DNA of 62,259 nucleotides from Pseudorhodoplanes sp. (GTDB lineage Bacteria; Pseudomonadota; Alphaproteobacteria; Rhizobiales; Xanthobacteraceae): NCBI RefSeq assembly GCF_035565855.1, contig NZ_DATMRX010000347.1, positions 1-62,259 on the forward strand, in the 5' to 3' direction. The notes under the pieces are model-generated. The model made no database searches. It saw only the letters and a program-made list of their open reading frames with translations, and had not been told where the DNA came from. The position numbers and the translations under genes were made by a program. This document shows, piece after piece, positions 52,670-62,259 of this stretch (the stretch's first letter is position 1; each line of letters opens with the position of its first letter).

Positions 52670-54208
52670 TCACGCCGCGCGCCGCATCTCGTCATTCAGT
52701 GCGCGATAGGACAACGCTTCCGCCAGATGGATGCGGCCAACCGTCTCGGCGCCGTCGAGATCGGCCAGCGTGCGCGCGACCCGCAGCACGCGATGGTAGC
52801 CGCGGGCCGACAGCCGCATTGCATCCGATGCATCGCGAAGGAGCGCCAGCCCGGCCTTGTCCGGCTGCGCGATCTGTTCGAGTACGCTTCCGGTCGCCTG
52901 CGCATTGCTGCGGATCTGCGGCAGGCCAAGCGCAGCATAGCGTTGCCGCTGAATGTCGCGGGCCCGCCCGACGCGCGCGGCGACTTCGGCCGACCCTTCG
53001 GCCGGCGGCGGAAGGATCAGATCGGCAGCCGTGACTGCCGGCACTTCGACATGAAGGTCGATGCGATCCAGCAGCGGTCCTGAAAGCCGGCCCTGATATT
53101 CGGCGGCGCAGCGCACATTCATGCCGCGCTTGCAGATATAGCCGGGGTCACTGGCATGGCCGCAGCGGCAGGGATTCATGGCTGCGACGAGCATGAAGCG
53201 CGCGGGATAGGTGATGCGATGATTGGCGCGGGCGATCGAGACCTCGCCGGTTTCGAGGGGCTGCCGGAGCGAGTCCAGCGCCTGTCCGGAGAATTCGGGA
53301 AATTCGTCGAGAAACAGCACGCCATTATGCGCAAGCGACACTTCGCCCGGCCGCGCCCGCAAGCCGCCGCCCACCAGCGCCGGCATCGAAGCGGAATGAT
53401 GCGGCGCGCGAAACGGCCGCCGATTGGTCAGCGAGCCGCCTTCGATCTGGCCCGCGACCGAGGCGATCATCGACACTTCGAGCAATTCCTCGGGTGTCAG
53501 CGCCGGCAGGATCGACGGCAGCCGCGCCGCCAGCATCGATTTGCCGGCGCCGGGCGGCCCGATCAGCAGAAGATTGTGGCCGCCAGCCGCGGCAACTTCG
53601 AGCGCACGCTTGCCGCTCTCCTGTCCCTTGATGTCGGCGAGATCGAGACGTGCGCCGTCCACCTCGCGAATGCTGGGCTGAGGCCGCGTCAGGACCTGAG
53701 TGCCCCGGAAATGATTGGCGAGCTGGATCAGCGATGATGGCGCGACGATCTCCATCTCGGGGCTGGCCCATGCGGCCTCCGCGCCGCACGCCTTTGGGCA
53801 GATCAAGCCCTCACCGCGCGCATTGGCTCCGATCGCGGCCGGGAGCACGCCAGCAACCGCGGTGATCGAGCCGTCGAGGCCGAGTTCGCCGAGCACGGTG
53901 AAGCCGGTCACGGCGTCGGGCGGTATCGCGCCGATCGCCGCCATCAGGCCAAGTGCGATCGGCAGGTCGTAATGGCTGCCTTCCTTCGGCAGATCGGCAG
54001 GCGCCAAATTCACGGTGATGCGCCGCGCCGGCAATGCCAGCCCGGATGCGATCAGCGCCGAACGCACCCGCTCCCGCGCTTCGGAGACCGCCTTGTCCGC
54101 AAGCCCGACCACGTTGAAGGCCGGAAGGCCCGGCGCAACCTGCACTTGCACATCGACAGCGCGAGCCTCGATGCCCTGAAACGCCACCGTGGTGACCCGC
54201 TGGACCAT
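52670..54208 (-). CDS. comM: YifB/ComM family Mg-chelatase-like AAA+ ATPase
   Basis: RITVNLAPADLPKEGSHYDLP, GPPGAGKS, HNGVLFLDE, AAMNPC, SGPLLDRID. Confidence 0.95.
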   Translation of the reverse strand: MVQRVTTVAFQGIEARAVDVQVQVAPGLPAFNVVGLADKAVSEARERVRSALIASGLALPARRITVNLAPADLPKEGSHYDLPIALGLMAAIGAIPPDAVTGFTVLGELGLDGSITAVAGVLPAAIGANARGEGLICPKACGAEAAWASPEMEIVAPSSLIQLANHFRGTQVLTRPQPSIREVDGARLDLADIKGQESGKRALEVAAAGGHNLLLIGPPGAGKSMLAARLPSILPALTPEELLEVSMIASVAGQIEGGSLTNRRPFRAPHHSASMPALVGGGLRARPGEVSLAHNGVLFLDEFPEFSGQALDSLRQPLETGEVSIARANHRITYPARFMLVAAMNPCRCGHASDPGYICKRGMNVRCAAEYQGRLSGPLLDRIDLHVEVPAVTAADLILPPPAEGSAEVAARVGRARDIQRQRYAALGLPQIRSNAQATGSVLEQIAQPDKAGLALLRDASDAMRLSARGYHRVLRVARTLADLDGAETVGRIHLAEALSYRALNDEMRRAA

Positions 54209-54278
54209 GCCGAGTGCCCCTAAGTCCGCCGCCCGCCCTAGTTGTGCAAAAGGTAACAGAATCCGGATGGGCGAACAA

Positions 54279-54293
54279 GAACATTTGCAGAAC
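54279..54293. promoter_or_regulatory. alphaproteobacterial LexA (SOS) box
   Basis: GAAC-atttgca-GAAC, an exact GAAC-N7-GAAC. Confidence 0.8.
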
Positions 54294-54337
54294 AAAACGA
54301 CTCAGCCTAGCTTTCTCCCGCGGGGAAGGAGTTGGAC

Positions 54338-54556
54338 ATGGTCGACCTGAGAGCATTGGAGACTGAGCTTGCCATGGCGCGCAGGGCGCGTCGCGAAGCC
54401 GAGATGGCGGGCCTTTCCATTGAGCGGGTCATAGCCGGCATGCAGGCCGGTCGCACGCTGCAGCAGATCGAGCTGGAAGAGGCCGAATCTCTCGCCGACC
54501 TTGTGGATCTGACGGAAGCGTTCGTGAGTGCCACAGCATTCCGGCAGGCGGCCTGA
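54338..54556 (+). CDS. small hypothetical protein (72 aa)
   Basis: GGAAGGAG RBS 6 nt before the ATG; helical-looking sequence; fills the intergenic space. Confidence 0.7.
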   Translation: MVDLRALETELAMARRARREAEMAGLSIERVIAGMQAGRTLQQIELEEAESLADLVDLTEAFVSATAFRQAA

Positions 54557-54558
54557 GG

Positions 54559-55557
54559 CTAGTCGGACTTTCGCGACTGAGACTCGGCGTCGGCCGCCGC
54601 CGTTCGCGTGCGCAATTCGCCGATCAGTGCATCGAGGCTCTGCGCGAATTGCGCGAGGTCGAAATTCTGCGGGTCGTCGTGCTTGTTGCGGATGCCTTCG
54701 TCCAGCACCGAGTGAAAGGCCGGGATCATCCAGAACCCGGCCCGGCGGCTCGCCACCGTGTAGACCAGCGCAAGGGAATCGTACTGGGCCTGCGAGAAGC
54801 CGGGAGTCGGCGCGAGGAAATCGTTGCGCCGGCCGTAGCTCTTCAGCGCGCGGCGCGGCTGGATCAGCTCGACATGCAGGAACAGTCCCTTGAGCGCTGA
54901 GCCGAAATTCTTCGCGCTTTCGAATTTCGTCGCCCGCCACGGCACGGAGAAATCATGCGCGAGGAAGATCTTGCCGCCGCGATTGATGAAGACATGGGCG
55001 CGTTCGATATCGTTCGAACATTCGTAGCGGCTCAAGTTGTTGATCTTGGGATCGTCGTCGATCGAGACCGGCCATGGCTGCGTGCGGTAGTTCGGCGTCG
55101 AGGTGTCGTGAAAGACCATATAGGTCGCCGGACGCGACAGCGGATCGTTGTCATGGGCATGCGACACCGGCTGCGCGAGGGTCGCGACCAGATCCTCGGT
55201 CGCGCCGCGGTCGCGCAGCAAGGCCGCCAAGGCAGCTTGTGCCGGGAGATCGACCGACTTGCCGACGCGCTCCGCGATCGAAGCCGGCAATGCGTCCAGC
55301 GGCGGGCCAAGGCGGCCGACCGGTTCGACGGGATTGAGCAGACAGCGCGCCTGATCCGCGGGAGAGCCTGCAAAGCTTTGCGTGTCGTGATCGAATTTGC
55401 AGAAGCCTTGGATCTGGTCCCCCTTCAGGACGAGCGGAGGCCGCTTCGCAAATGTGCATTTGCCGGCCGACGAGAATTCGTGCGCGAAGGCGAACGATGC
55501 ACACGCGGCAATGCTCGCGCCGACAACGATCCCGGACACGATCCGCCTCGGATTCAT
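54559..55557 (-). CDS. secreted protein with putative Amidase_2-like (Zn N-acetylmuramoyl-L-alanine amidase) domain
   Basis: Signal peptide; MVFHDTS, AHVFINRGG, HVEL, FH...KHDDP. Confidence 0.6.
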   Translation of the reverse strand: MNPRRIVSGIVVGASIAACASFAFAHEFSSAGKCTFAKRPPLVLKGDQIQGFCKFDHDTQSFAGSPADQARCLLNPVEPVGRLGPPLDALPASIAERVGKSVDLPAQAALAALLRDRGATEDLVATLAQPVSHAHDNDPLSRPATYMVFHDTSTPNYRTQPWPVSIDDDPKINNLSRYECSNDIERAHVFINRGGKIFLAHDFSVPWRATKFESAKNFGSALKGLFLHVELIQPRRALKSYGRRNDFLAPTPGFSQAQYDSLALVYTVASRRAGFWMIPAFHSVLDEGIRNKHDDPQNFDLAQFAQSLDALIGELRTRTAAADAESQSRKSD

Positions 55558-55564
55558 TGTGCGA

Positions 55565-56512
55565 TCAGCCCTGCTTGCGCTTCTTTTCGATGACATCCCA
55601 GATCATGGCGGCGATGTCCGGACCGCCGATATTCCTGATCGCGCGGATGCCGGTCGGCGAGGTGACATTGATCTCGGTGAGATAGCCGTCGATCACGTCG
55701 ATGCCGACGAAGATCAGGCCGCGCTCCTTCAGCGCAGGCCCGAGCCGGCGGCAGATTTCGTGCTCGCGTGGCGTCAGCTCCGTGTCCTTTGGCGAGCCGC
55801 CGCGCACCATGTTGGATCGCAGGTCGTCGGGCGCCGGCACGCGGTTCACCGCGCCGGCATATTCGCCATCGACCAGGATGATGCGTTTGTCGCCATGCTT
55901 CACCGCGGGAAGGAAGGTCTGCACCATCCATTGCTCGCGGAAGGTGGTCGCGAACAGATCGTAGAGCGAGCCGAAATTGAGGTCGTCCCTGGTCAGCCGG
56001 AACACCGCCGCGCCGCCATTGCCGTAAAGCGGCTTCATCACGATGTCGCCATGTTGCTCGCGGAACGCCTTGATCTCGGCGAGGTCGCGCGTGATCAGCG
56101 TCGGCGGCATCAGGTCCGAGAATTCCATCACGAATATCTTCTCGGGCGCGTTGCGCACATGCGCCGGATCGTTGACCACGAGAGTCTTCGGATGCACCCG
56201 CTCCAGCATATGGGTCGTGGTGATATAGGCCATGTCGAAAGGCGGGTCCTGGCGGAGCAGGATGACGTCGAACTCCGTCAGATCGGTGCGCCTGGCGTCG
56301 CCGAGCGTGAAGTGACGGCCAAGCTCGTCGCGCACATCGAGGGGGTGCACGGTCGCGAACACAGCTGCCCCGCTCTGGGCCAGTTTGTCGGGCGTGTAAT
56401 AGGACAGGCGGTGCCCACGGGCCTTCGCCTCGAGCAGCAGCGCGAAGGTGGAATCGCCGCGGATATTGATCCGCTCGATCGGGTCCATCTGAACGGCGAC
56501 GTTGAGTGACAT
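55565..56512 (-). CDS. gshB: glutathione synthetase
   Basis: [34 protein letters not shown]. Confidence 0.97.
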   Translation of the reverse strand: MSLNVAVQMDPIERINIRGDSTFALLLEAKARGHRLSYYTPDKLAQSGAAVFATVHPLDVRDELGRHFTLGDARRTDLTEFDVILLRQDPPFDMAYITTTHMLERVHPKTLVVNDPAHVRNAPEKIFVMEFSDLMPPTLITRDLAEIKAFREQHGDIVMKPLYGNGGAAVFRLTRDDLNFGSLYDLFATTFREQWMVQTFLPAVKHGDKRIILVDGEYAGAVNRVPAPDDLRSNMVRGGSPKDTELTPREHEICRRLGPALKERGLIFVGIDVIDGYLTEINVTSPTGIRAIRNIGGPDIAAMIWDVIEKKRKQG

Positions 56513-56613
56513 AGGGGTGACGGACCTTCTGGATCTGCGAACAAACGAGTGGTTAACAAATGCCTGTCATGCTGGCGCCCGGCGCATACCCGTGACCGAT
56601 CCGGATTTCGACC

Positions 56614-57867
56614 GTGGCCCTTCCGAGACTGACAATTGCCGTAAAGCTCTACGCGATTTTCGCGTTGCTCGCGACTGTCGCGGTGGCAACAGGCGTCGTT
56701 GGACAGCAACTGACGGAACGGGCGCTGACCACGGGCGCCTATGGCGCGGGTTCCTTGCTCATCGCTCTCACGGTGCTGTCGCTCGTTTTGCTGCTCACCG
56801 GCACCTTCATCCTTCGCTCCGCCATGCGGTCGCTGCGTGCGGTGACTGAGGTGACAGAGCGAATCGCGGCCGGGCAAGCCGATCTGGTGGTACCCGGGCG
56901 CGACCGCCGCGACGAAATCGGTACCCTCGCCACCGCTGTCGGTCAATTCCGGGAGGTGGTCCGCCACAACGCGGAATTGAAGGAGGCGGTCGGGAACGAA
57001 TCGGAAGAGCGCAAACTCCGCCAGGATCAGATCGCGGAAGAAATCCGGGCGTTTTCCGCCGAAGTGGATGCGACTTTGCGGGAATTCATGAAAATGGGCA
57101 GCCGCGCCAAGAAGGCGGCCACGGAGCTCGGCCAGGCCGTGGATATCACGGTCGACCGCACCGGCCGCGCTACGAAGGCTTCCGAGGAGTCCAGCGCCAA
57201 TGTGCGCGATATTGCCTCGGCCGCGGACGAACTGGCCATGTCGGTTCTCGAAATTGAACGGCAGGTCTCGCAGTCGCATGACATCGCCATGAAAGCCGTG
57301 GCGGAGGCCGTTGCTACCAATGCCACTGTGCAGGAGCTGAGCGAGGCGGCCACCCGCATCGGCGATGTCATTCGGATGATCAATGATATCGCCGAGCAGA
57401 CCAACCTTCTGGCGCTGAATGCGACCATCGAAGCGGCGCGCGCCGGCGAGGCGGGCCGTGGCTTTGCCGTGGTTGCGGGCGAGGTGAAGGCCCTCGCCGG
57501 CCAGACCGGTCGGGCGACCGAGGAGATTGCGACCCAGATCGCCGGCATGCAGCAGGCGACGCACCGCTCGATCGAGGCCATCGGGGCGATCAAGACCACG
57601 ATCCGGGAGATTGGCGACATCTCGAGCGCGATCGCGGCTGCGGTCACGGAGCAGGGCGCCGCAACGCAGGAGATCGCGCGCAGCGTCGAGACCGCTTCTC
57701 GCCGGACCGGGGAAACCACGGAACAGATCACCAAGGTCACCGAGGCCACCGAGATCAGCCGCGTGCATTCGGTGGCTGCGCAGGACGTCTCCGATACGCT
57801 CGAGCGCCTGGCATTGCAGATGCGCAATCAGGTCGACCAGTTCTTCGAACGTCTGCGCGCCGCCTGA
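56614..57867 (+). CDS. methyl-accepting chemotaxis protein (HAMP + MCP signal domain)
   Basis: Two TM segments, [43 protein letters not shown]. Confidence 0.95.
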   Translation: MALPRLTIAVKLYAIFALLATVAVATGVVGQQLTERALTTGAYGAGSLLIALTVLSLVLLLTGTFILRSAMRSLRAVTEVTERIAAGQADLVVPGRDRRDEIGTLATAVGQFREVVRHNAELKEAVGNESEERKLRQDQIAEEIRAFSAEVDATLREFMKMGSRAKKAATELGQAVDITVDRTGRATKASEESSANVRDIASAADELAMSVLEIERQVSQSHDIAMKAVAEAVATNATVQELSEAATRIGDVIRMINDIAEQTNLLALNATIEAARAGEAGRGFAVVAGEVKALAGQTGRATEEIATQIAGMQQATHRSIEAIGAIKTTIREIGDISSAIAAAVTEQGAATQEIARSVETASRRTGETTEQITKVTEATEISRVHSVAAQDVSDTLERLALQMRNQVDQFFERLRAA

Positions 57868-57872
57868 CGGCG

Positions 57873-58274
57873 TTACTCCGTCTCGAACGCGCCCGGAATG
57901 TGCTGCGGAAGCGCACGCGGCGCGACCAGCACCGCATCGAACCGCATGTCGCATGTCGCGTCGTCCGGATTGGCCGCGAGCCAGGCCGCAGCCGCCGAGG
58001 CAATGCGGCGCTTCTGACGCTCGGTCACGGACCAGGCCGCGTCATCGAGAACAGCACGCGCCTTCACCTCGACGAAGACCAGAAGCGAACCACGGCGTGC
58101 GACAATGTCGATTTCGCCGGCGGGACAACGGAAGCGCCGCGCAGCGATGCGAAAGCCCTTGGCGAGCAGGAGCGCGGCCGCGCGGCTTTCCGCCGATAAT
58201 CCGAATTTGAACGCGGCCTGACGGCCTGGCGCCGGACCTGATCCATCACCGCTGCCGGATTTACGGCGCGGCAT
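57873..58274 (-). CDS. YraN family protein
   Basis: [10 protein letters not shown]...VFVEVKAR...RFDAV; start at ATG 58274. Confidence 0.92.
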   Translation of the reverse strand: MPRRKSGSGDGSGPAPGRQAAFKFGLSAESRAAALLLAKGFRIAARRFRCPAGEIDIVARRGSLLVFVEVKARAVLDDAAWSVTERQKRRIASAAAAWLAANPDDATCDMRFDAVLVAPRALPQHIPGAFETE

Positions 58275-59166
58275 CGCTGCGCTCCCTGGCGAGTTCGAGC
58301 GCGCGTCTGTAGATGTCGCGGCGCGGCAATCCGGTGGCCGCAACGATCTCGCCGACCGCGTCCTTCACGGACACGCGCGTCAGGGCCGCGCGGATCAGAT
58401 CGTCAACATCGTCAGCGCTCGGCGTGGCCGCCTCGGCAGGCGGTGCGATCACGACAACGAATTCACCGCGGGTCTCGGCGTCGCCGGCATAATGGTCGGC
58501 CAGCGCCGGCAACGGACCGCGCCGCACCTCTTCATGCAGCTTGGTCAATTCGCGGCAGATCGAGGCTTCGCGCGGGCCAAGCGCCTCCGCGAGATCGCTC
58601 AGCGTCGCGGCGATGCGCGGGCCGCTTTCGAACAGCACCAGCGTCGCCGGGATACGGGCGAGTTCTTCGATCCTCGTGCGGCGCTGCGTGGCCTTGGCGG
58701 GGAGGAAGCCTTCGAACATGAAGCGGTCGGTCGGAAGCCCGGACGAGATCAGCGCCGCCAGCACCGAGGAGGCGCCGGGCAGCGCGAACACGTCAAGTCC
58801 TGCGTCCCGGGCTTCACGCACCAGCTTGAATCCCGGATCGGAGATCGCGGGTGTTCCCGCATCTGAAATCAGCGCCACGACGCCGCCATCGGCGATGCGC
58901 TTGAGCAGCGCCGGCCGGACGGTCGCCGCGTTGTGGTCGTGATAGGCCGTGGTTGGGGTGGCGATGCCGTAATGGTCCAGCAGCTTGCGGCTGACGCGAG
59001 TGTCCTCGCAGGCGATCAGGTCTGCGGCAGCGAGCGTCTGCAAGGCGCGCAACGTGATGTCGCCGAGATTGCCGATCGGGGTCGCGACCAGATAGAGGCC
59101 GGCGCGACGCGGCGGCGCCGGATACTCGGTCCCGCCGATATGGAAACCACGCCGGGGTTGCGTCAT
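58261..59166 (-). CDS. rsmI: 16S rRNA (cytidine1402-2'-O)-methyltransferase
   Basis: [34 protein letters not shown]. Confidence 0.97.
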   Translation of the reverse strand: MTQPRRGFHIGGTEYPAPPRRAGLYLVATPIGNLGDITLRALQTLAAADLIACEDTRVSRKLLDHYGIATPTTAYHDHNAATVRPALLKRIADGGVVALISDAGTPAISDPGFKLVREARDAGLDVFALPGASSVLAALISSGLPTDRFMFEGFLPAKATQRRTRIEELARIPATLVLFESGPRIAATLSDLAEALGPREASICRELTKLHEEVRRGPLPALADHYAGDAETRGEFVVVIAPPAEAATPSADDVDDLIRAALTRVSVKDAVGEIVAATGLPRRDIYRRALELARERSDAAP

Positions 59167-59250
59167 GGCAACACCACCTGAAACACCACCCCGCTCATGC
59201 TGCCCGCCCGGTTAAACATTCCGAGACAATATGCCAGATTGCGCCCGTGA

Positions 59251-60498
59251 GTGCCTGTACAGCCTCGCGTCTGTGTTCTTCTGAGGAATTTGGCTGTGTC
59301 CGGGCCGAAACGAAATCCCGCCGCCCTCACACGACGGCAATTCGGAGTGGCAACCCTGTCTCTTGCGGCAGGGGCCTTGGTCGGCTGCGCCTCCAACAAT
59401 ACCGGCGGAGGCCCCCTGGGCGAAGCGCCACTGTCGCCGAGCAACGCGCCGCAGGCCGCGAGCGAAGTTGGCGCCGGGCAATACAAGGTGGCGCTGATCC
59501 TGCCGCTGTCCGCCGGAGGCAATGTCGGAATCGCGGCGGAATCGATGAAGAATGCCGGAGAGCTGGCGCTCACGGAATTCTCGGCCACCGACATCCAGCT
59601 TCTGGTCAAGGATGACGGCGGCCGCCCGCAGACCGCGCGCATGGTCGCGACCCAGGCCATGGAAGAAGGTGCGCATATTATCCTCGGACCGCTTTTCGCG
59701 CAGACCGTGCAGGCGGCCGGGGCGGCCGCGCGGCCGCGTAATATTCCGGTCATCGGCTTTTCGACGGATGCGAGCGTCGCAGCGCGCGGCGTGTATCTGC
59801 TCAGCTTCCTGCCCGAAACCGACGTGGTTCGCGTGCTCAGCTACACATTCTCCGCCGGCAAGCGATCCTATGCCGGTATCGTACCGGAAAACGCCTATGG
59901 TTCTGTGGTTGAGGCAGCGTTCCGCGAGGAGGTGGCGCGCCGCGGCGGACGCGTCGTCGCGCTGGAGCGCTACAGCAAGACCACGTTGCAGAATGCGATC
60001 GGCGCGGTGGCGCAGGCATCCCGCGGCGCCGACGCCATCTTCGTTCCCGAGGGCGGCGATCTTGCGCCGGCCATCGCACAGGGCCTTGTGAATGCCGGCG
60101 TCAATACGCGGCGCGTGCAATTGCTCGGCACCGGGTTGTGGGACGATCCGCGTATCTTCGCCGATGCGGCGCTGCAGGGCGGGCTGTATGCGGTGCCCGA
60201 CCCGGCAGGTTATGCGAATTTCGCGCAGCGTTATCAGGCGCGTTATGGCGCAGAACCGGTGCGCACCGCGTCGCTCGTCTATGATGCGGCGGCCCTTGTC
60301 TCGGCGCTGGTGCGTACGCATGGCGGACAGCCCATCACCAACGAGATGCTCACCAATCCATCCGGCTTCGCCGGTATCGACGGCATTTTCCGATTCAAGC
60401 CGGACGGCACCAACGAACGCGGTCTTGTGGTGATGCAGGTCGCGACCGGCGGCGGTCAGATCGTGAGCCAGGCGCCGCGATCGTTCGCCGCGTCCTGA
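59251..60498 (+). CDS. penicillin-binding protein activator / LppC-like periplasmic-binding-fold lipoprotein
   Basis: LVGC lipobox, KVALILPLS, ILGPL, GFAGIDGIFRF; divergent from rsmI; start uncertain. Confidence 0.85.
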   Translation: MPVQPRVCVLLRNLAVSGPKRNPAALTRRQFGVATLSLAAGALVGCASNNTGGGPLGEAPLSPSNAPQAASEVGAGQYKVALILPLSAGGNVGIAAESMKNAGELALTEFSATDIQLLVKDDGGRPQTARMVATQAMEEGAHIILGPLFAQTVQAAGAAARPRNIPVIGFSTDASVAARGVYLLSFLPETDVVRVLSYTFSAGKRSYAGIVPENAYGSVVEAAFREEVARRGGRVVALERYSKTTLQNAIGAVAQASRGADAIFVPEGGDLAPAIAQGLVNAGVNTRRVQLLGTGLWDDPRIFADAALQGGLYAVPDPAGYANFAQRYQARYGAEPVRTASLVYDAAALVSALVRTHGGQPITNEMLTNPSGFAGIDGIFRFKPDGTNERGLVVMQVATGGGQIVSQAPRSFAAS

Positions 60499-60537
60499 AG
60501 CACTTTCAATTTTCAAGACGCAGCCCGCTCTCTCGCT

Positions 60538-60620
60538 GTCATCGCCCGCGAAAGCGAGCGATCCAGTAACCACGACTCCTTCAAGAGCTTACTGGATGCC
60601 CCGCTTGCGCAGGGGGTGAC
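60538..60620. repeat. GTCAT-tagged REP doublet (REPIN-like)
   Basis: gtcatcgcccgcgaaagcgagcgatccagtaa...ttactggatgccccgcttgcgcagggggtgac; relative of 1907-1986. Confidence 0.85.
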
Positions 60621-60664
60621 AAGACATGGGCGTTGCGACGAGCGGCGTGAGAGATGACGCCGCT

Positions 60665-61822
60665 CTAAGCGGCGAGATCGGCCACCACGGCATCGAGAAT
60701 CGGAAACGCCGCCTGCGTCACGCGAAGATAGCCTTCGGCGGTGGTTTCGACAGCGCCTTCGTCGCGCAGAATCGCAATGCGTTTCGCATCGAGCGGACGG
60801 CCGGACAAAGCTGCGTAACGCTGCGGGTCGATGCCCTCCGCAAGCCGGAGCCCCATCAGCAGATATTCGTCGGCGCGCTCCTCGCGCGTCAGCGCTTCGT
60901 CGACGACAAGACCGTGGCCGAATCCCTCGACCCGCATCAGCCAGCTTTCCGGCCGACGCTCGGTGGCGGTCGCGTAGCGGCGGCCGTCCTGCTCGATGCG
61001 GCCATGCGCGCCGGGGCCGATGCCGACATAATCGTCACCGCGCCAATAGACCAGATTGTGCCGGCACTCCGCGCCGTCGCGTGCGTGATTGGAAATTTCG
61101 TAGGCGTTGAGTCCGGCTGCCGCGCAGACCTCCTGCGTCATGTCGTAAAGATCGCGTGCGGTGTCGTCGTCCGGAATCGAAAGCTTGCCGCTTTGCCGCA
61201 AGGCGAAGAAGGGCGTCTCGGCTTCAATGGTGAGCTGATAGAGCGACAGATGCTCCGCGGCCTCCGCAATCGCGCGGCGCAGTTCCTTCGCCCAGTCGTC
61301 GGGCGTTTGTCCCGGCCGTGCGTAGATCAGATCGAAGGAATAACGATCGAACACCGAGCGCGCGATCGCCACCGCCTTCAACGCTTCCTCGGCACTATGC
61401 AGGCGGCCGAGCGCCTTGAGCGAAGCATCGTCGAGCGATTGGACTCCGAGCGAGACCCTGTTGACGCCGGCGGTGCGAAAGCCGCGGAAGCGCTCGGCTT
61501 CGACGCTCGTCGGATTGGCTTCCAGCGTTACCTCGACATCACGCGACACCGACCAGTAGCGGCCGATGCCGTCGAGAATGGCCGCGACCGTTTCAGGCTG
61601 CATCAGCGAGGGCGTGCCGCCGCCGAAAAACACCGTGGTGACTTCGCGGGGCCCGGTGCGTTCGGCCATCGTCTGCATCTCGCGCAGATAGGCCGCGACG
61701 TAGCGCGCCTGATCGACGCCGCCATGCCGCACATGACTGTTGAAGTCGCAATAGGGGCATTTCGACAGGCAAAAGGGCCAGTGAATATATACGCCGAATG
61801 CCGATGGTCGGGTTAACGTCAT
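60665..61822 (-). CDS. hemW: radical SAM heme chaperone HemW
   Basis: YIHWPFCLSKCPYCDFN, GGGTPS, EANP, YEISN, HNLVYW. Confidence 0.96.
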   Translation of the reverse strand: MTLTRPSAFGVYIHWPFCLSKCPYCDFNSHVRHGGVDQARYVAAYLREMQTMAERTGPREVTTVFFGGGTPSLMQPETVAAILDGIGRYWSVSRDVEVTLEANPTSVEAERFRGFRTAGVNRVSLGVQSLDDASLKALGRLHSAEEALKAVAIARSVFDRYSFDLIYARPGQTPDDWAKELRRAIAEAAEHLSLYQLTIEAETPFFALRQSGKLSIPDDDTARDLYDMTQEVCAAAGLNAYEISNHARDGAECRHNLVYWRGDDYVGIGPGAHGRIEQDGRRYATATERRPESWLMRVEGFGHGLVVDEALTREERADEYLLMGLRLAEGIDPQRYAALSGRPLDAKRIAILRDEGAVETTAEGYLRVTQAAFPILDAVVADLAA

Positions 61823-61828
61823 GTTAAC
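61813..61828. promoter_or_regulatory. CtrA-type box TTAA-N7-TTAAC
   Basis: ttaa-cgtcatg-ttaac, an exact consensus match overlapping the hemW start codon. Confidence 0.6.
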
Positions 61829-61955
61829 AATCGTAAACGCTGCCCCGCATTTGGGCCAGCAGGAAAGCGGCGATCGTTAAAATTGTAATGATTCGCGCGG
61901 GAGAATGGTTAACGCTGTTCGCAAAGACAGCGGCAAAAGGCGGCGCCGGAACCGC

Positions 61956-62259
61956 CTATTTTTTCAGGCACGCATCGGCGAGTTTCATGAACGCACGCGC
62001 GCGATGCGACAGGCCTTGTCCGCGCGGCGGCAAGCCGTGCTTTTCGTCGGACGTCATTTCCCCGAAGGTTCGGTCATGCCCATCGGGCAGGAACATCGGG
62101 TCATAGCCGAAACCCGCATCGCCGCGCGGCGGCCAGACCAGCGTGCCTTCGACGATCGCCTCGAAATCCTCGGTATGGCCGTCGGGCCAGGCGACGCAAA
62201 GCGCGGAAACGAAATGCGCGGTGCGACGCGCCGGTGTGGTCGCGCCATGGTCTCGCAAC
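61956..62259 (-). CDS. rdgB: RdgB/HAM1 non-canonical purine NTP pyrophosphatase (5' part lies outside the window)
   Basis: [13 protein letters not shown] and SHRARA motifs; upstream of hemW. Confidence 0.95.
   Translation of the reverse strand, partial: LRDHGATTPARRTAHFVSALCVAWPDGHTEDFEAIVEGTLVWPPRGDAGFGYDPMFLPDGHDRTFGEMTSDEKHGLPPRGQGLSHRARAFMKLADACLKK

Noticed and set aside
57873-58274. YraN nuclease-like gene as a defence or mobility factor
   Set aside because: Sits in its usual core position next to rsmI.
61800-61955. Possible replication origin (CtrA box next to a hem-named gene)
   Set aside because: No DnaA boxes or extended AT-rich unwinding region seen; the region is short and the gene is hemW, not hemE.

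Overview
GC-rich chromosomal segment from an alphaproteobacterium. Gene order and protein style suggest Hyphomicrobiales (Bradyrhizobium/Pseudorhodoplanes-like); this is an inference. Most of it is core genome: rimP-nusA-ylxR-infB-rbfA-truB-rpsO; murJ-trpS-USP-nfuA-tsaB-rimI-fur-miaB-phoH-ybeY-corC-lnt-XRE-metK-trmB; typA; rlmN; hisE-coaA; comM; rsmI-yraN; gshB; rdgB-hemW. Small accessory modules are interspersed: SDR/AraC; LysR with StyA-like monooxygenase, EthD and aldehyde dehydrogenase; TetR/MFS; TetR/FAD monooxygenase; hydrolase/LLM monooxygenase. I recognised no tRNA, rRNA, CRISPR array, prophage or classical IS. The most striking feature is a dense set of palindromic REP/REPIN-like elements from at least three families. 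One inverted REP pair with compensatory stem changes encloses a stand-alone 95-aa GIY-YIG nuclease gene (39979-40343), a candidate nuclease-carrying parent element of the GTCAT-tagged repeats, by analogy with RAYT/REPIN systems. Other notable items are a secreted Tyr/Gly-rich peptide with A-B-CxxC-B-A symmetry, a StyA-EthD-ALDH operon without StyB/StyC, a LexA box shared by comM and an unknown small gene, and a perfect CtrA-type box over the hemW start. All product calls come from motif recognition by eye; no database searches were run.
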